The notes under the pieces were generated by a model, which worked only from the letters and a program-made list of their open reading frames with translations, was not told the origin of the DNA and did not search any database. From Alphaproteobacteria bacterium (GTDB taxonomy: Bacteria; Pseudomonadota; Alphaproteobacteria; SP197): 64,000 bases of DNA. Positions 60,826-64,000 of the stretch are shown here, one piece after another. Location of the stretch: NCBI GenBank assembly GCA_009694045.1, contig SHVY01000007.1, positions 1,786 through 65,785 on the forward strand, given 5' to 3'. Numbering within the stretch: the stretch's first letter is position 1; each line of letters opens with the position of its first letter. Made by a program: the position numbers and the translations under genes.

Positions 60826-60913
60826 TGTCATCGCCCGGCTTGACCGGGCGACCCAGGGATGCCGGGCTCGGAGCGTGTTGCCCTGGATGCCCCGATCGAG
60901 TCGGGGCATGACA
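60826..60913. repeat. Alphaproteobacterial composite palindromic repeat (GTCATC...GATGAC-type REP-like element)
   Basis: TGTCAT-CGCCCGG-CTTGA-CCGGGCG-ACCCAGGG...CCCTGGA-TGCCCCGA-TCGAG-TCGGGGCA-TGACA. Confidence 0.8.
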
Positions 60914-60937
60914 TTCTGGATGATACAATCCGCGCGT

Positions 60938-62668
60938 CATTACCTCCGGAAGCCCGACCTTGCGCAGGGCGTCGACAAATTTCGCTGTGAGGTCGGGGCG
61001 GTAAGGATGGAACGCGCCAGAGTCCTTCGCTGAGAGCTGAGGTCGCAAGCGGATCGCCTCGGCCAAGTGCTTGCGCCCTTCGTCGAGCCGCCCCAACTCG
61101 GCGAGCGTCGCGGCGCGGAAGTAGTGCATCACGTAATACTCGTAGATCGGCATCCGCGAGAATACACGGATGGCCTCTTCATATATTGACCCCGTAGAAA
61201 GGCCACGGTCCCCACCAGCTCCATCTCCCACGACGTCACCAAGGGATCAATCGTATCCCGCGCTCAGCCGAGGCCAAGGCTTGGTCGAACTGGCCGCGCC
61301 AGACGTGGACCCAACCGCCGAGGGACGCCAAGGACGGGTTGTTCGGATTGATGGCCAGAGACTTTTCCACGCAGGCGTTCGACTCTTCGTCTCGCCCAAG
61401 GATCGGGCAGATGTACGCAAGGCGTGCATAAGCGTCTGCGTCTCTGTCATCGCGCTCGAGCGCCTTCATCAGCAAAGCGTAGACCTGCTCGTAATGGTCC
61501 TCGCTGCCCGAAAACACTCCGATCATGTGCTCCGCGTTCGCCATAGCGGAGAACGCCCGCCCGAAGCTTGGGTCCATCACCGAGGCGTGTTCGAACATTT
61601 CGCACGCACGCGCATGTATTCGAGGTTATTTCGATTGAGAAGTTCCATGCCCGCCAAATAGAGCTCGTAGGCATCGACCGGTGGCGCCTGTTTGCGCTTG
61701 AGCGCGGCGAGTTCGGCCTTGGTGACGTGGCCGGCGACGCGCCAGACGAGGGTCTCGACGATCTCGTCTTGCAGGGCGAATACATCCTCCAGGTCGCGGT
61801 CGTACTTCTCGGCCCAGAGGTGCGAAGCCGTCTCCGCGTCGATGAGCTGGGCGGTGATGCGGAGGTGCTTGCCCGATTTGCGCACGCTGCCCTCGACGAT
61901 GTAGCGCACGCCCAGTTGCCGGGCGGCCTCGGGGATCGGCACCGACTTGCCCTTGAACACGAACGACGAGTTGCGGGCGATCACGAACAGCCCGTGGTGG
62001 CGGGCGAGCGCCGTGATCAGATCCTCGGTGATGCCGTCGGAGAAGTATTCCTGCTCCGGGTCCCCCGACATGTTGGCGAACGGCAGTACCGCGATCGACT
62101 GCCGCCGCAGCGCATCCTCGCCCCGGCCGGCGGTGGCGTGGGCGGGTTCGGAAACATCGACCCGGTACGCGCAAACCGGATTGGCGATGTTGTGGAGGGT
62201 TTGGTCGCCGAGGTCCTCGAAGCGGCCGGGCGCCTTGCCCTTAATCTGCTCATGGACCGCGCGGGAGATCACCAAACCGCCAGGTTCGGCGATCTTCTCC
62301 AGTCGCGCGGCGATGTTCACCCCGTCGCCGTGGATGGTTGCGCCGTCGACGATCACCTCGCCCAGGTTCACGCCCATGCGGAAGCGCATCCGCCGGTCCT
62401 CCGGCAACTCGGCGTTCAACTCGGCGAGCTTGTCCTGGACCTCGACGGCACAGGCGACCGCCTGGGTCGCGGTGGCGAACTCGACCAGCAGGCCGTCCCC
62501 CGCCTCGCCGACCACCCGGCCGCCGTGGCGGCGCAAGGCCGGCTCCACGTGATCCGAGCGCAGCAGCTTGAAGCGGGCGAGCGTGCCCGCCTCGTCCGCC
62601 GCCATCAGGCGCGAGTACCCCACGACATCAGCAGCAAGGATCGCCGCGAGCCGACGGTCCACGCGCAC
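60938..62668 (-). pseudogene. Adenylate cyclase + TolB-N-like + TPR protein, frameshifted in the TPR half
   Basis: RRLAAILAADVVGYSRLM, GDGVNIAARLE, SIAVLPF.NMSGDPEQEYFSDGITED. The TPR part continues in other frames (61236-61598, 60938-61231) and ends ...LRKVGLPE. Confidence 0.8.
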
Positions 62669-62783
62669 TCCTCCCTAGAGTCCGGCCATTCTAACCGAAC
62701 GGCCGGGCTTGACGTGTCGCCGTGGTTGACGGCGTCCGGCCCGGCCCCGCATCCTCCCGCCCGTTTCAGGGACGGGGACACCG

Positions 62784-64000
62784 ATGAAGGCATCCGATCT
62801 GTTCGTGCGCTGCCTCGAGGCCGAGGGCGTGACCCACATCTTTGGCCTGCCGGGCGAGGAGAACGCGGATCTGATGATCTCGCTGCTCGACAGCCCGATC
62901 AAGTTCGTCCTCTGCCGGCACGAGCAGGGCGCCGCCTTCATGGCCGACGTCTATGGCCGGCTTACCGGCCGCACGGGGGTGTGCCTGGCAACGCTTGGGC
63001 CCGGCGCCACCAATCTGGTGACCGGCGTCGCCGACGCCAACATGGACCGGGCACCCCTGGTCGCGATCATCGGCCAGGTGGGCACCTACCGGCTGCACAA
63101 AGAAAGTCACCAGAACATGGATTCGATCGCCATGTTCCGGCCGATCACCAAGTGGGCCCAGTCGATCGGCAACGCCGACGGCATCGCCGAGATCGTGCGC
63201 AAGGCGTTCAAGCTGGCGGAAGCCGAGAAGCCGGGTGCTACCGTCATCGAGCTGCCCGAGGACGTGGCCAAGCACGACACCGCGAGCCTGCCGCTCATCC
63301 CCACCCGCACCCGCCGGGCGGCGGCCGACCACAAGGTCGTGGCCCAGGCCGCGGCCTTGATCGGCCGGGCCAAGCATCCGATCATCCTGGCGGGCAACGG
63401 CGCCATCCGCAAACGGGCGGCGAAGCAGCTCGTCCGCTTCGCCCACAAGACCGGGATTCCGGTGGTCAACACCTTCATGGGCAAGGGTGCCGTGCCGCGC
63501 GACGATCCGCATGCGCTGTTCACCATGGGCCTCCAGGGCAATGACCACGTCAACCTGGCGATCGACGCGGCGGATCTGGTGATCGCCATCGGCTACGACC
63601 TGGTCGAGTACAGCCCGGCGCACTGGAACAAGACCCCGGGCAACAAGCAGATCATCCACCTGGACTTCTGGCCGGCCGAGGTGGACAGCGCCTATCCGGT
63701 GGCGGTCGAGATCGTCGCGGACCTGGCCAATGCGCTGTGGCAGCTCAACGAGGAATTGAACAACCGGTTCGAGACCCGGCTGCCCCTGTTCAAGATCCAC
63801 AAATGGGCGAAGCTCCGGTCCGAGATCCTGGCCGATTTCGCCATGGAGAAGGACGACGACTCCTTCCCCATGAAGCCGCAGCGGATTCTATGGGACGTGC
63901 GCGAGGCGATGGGGCCCGCGGACATCCTGCTGTCCGACGTGGGCGCCCATAAGATGTGGATCTCCCGCTACTACCAGTGCGACGAGCCAAACACCTGCCT
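62784..64000 (+). CDS. Acetolactate synthase large subunit-like ThDP enzyme, partial (runs off the window)
   Basis: Manual translation: MKASDLFVRCLEAEGVTHIFGLPGEEN...RHEQGAAFMADVYGRLTG...TLGPGATN...SDVGAHKMW. Not in the ORF track. Confidence 0.93.
   Translation, partial: MKASDLFVRCLEAEGVTHIFGLPGEENADLMISLLDSPIKFVLCRHEQGAAFMADVYGRLTGRTGVCLATLGPGATNLVTGVADANMDRAPLVAIIGQVGTYRLHKESHQNMDSIAMFRPITKWAQSIGNADGIAEIVRKAFKLAEAEKPGATVIELPEDVAKHDTASLPLIPTRTRRAAADHKVVAQAAALIGRAKHPIILAGNGAIRKRAAKQLVRFAHKTGIPVVNTFMGKGAVPRDDPHALFTMGLQGNDHVNLAIDAADLVIAIGYDLVEYSPAHWNKTPGNKQIIHLDFWPAEVDSAYPVAVEIVADLANALWQLNEELNNRFETRLPLFKIHKWAKLRSEILADFAMEKDDDSFPMKPQRILWDVREAMGPADILLSDVGAHKMWISRYYQCDEPNTC

Overview
High-GC alphaproteobacterial chromosome segment (Rhodospirillales-like gene content). 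The backbone is housekeeping: secA, accA, malyl-CoA lyase, xerD, aroK-aroB, bolA/J-domain/cobS-cobT, rpmB, meaB. It also carries a rimB-rimK-aspartoacylase operon, a CHASE2 cyclase divergent from a type I secretion ABC/MFP pair, and a large amine/polyamine uptake and catabolism region (about 39-60 kb). Small accessory modules are embedded in it: (1) a stand-alone regulatory switch at 44.8-46.6 kb, made of an XRE/S24 repressor divergent from a GcrA-like HTH/Zn-finger gene and a DUF6362-like gene, with a perfect alphaproteobacterial LexA box and a repeated GGA-N4-TCC operator but no phage structural genes nearby; (2) a promoter, structured ~70-nt leader, terminator and NYN RNase cassette whose gene is interrupted; (3) a DUF4258/MqsA-like toxin-antitoxin pair after secA; (4) the start of a DUF262 gene at the left edge. 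Three families of palindromic intergenic repeats and a hexamer microsatellite are present. Several genes carry frameshifts (often in homopolymers), in-frame stops or apparent internal deletions, so sequence error has to be separated from real decay. I found no tRNA, rRNA or CRISPR array. All family assignments are by eye from motifs; no database search was run.
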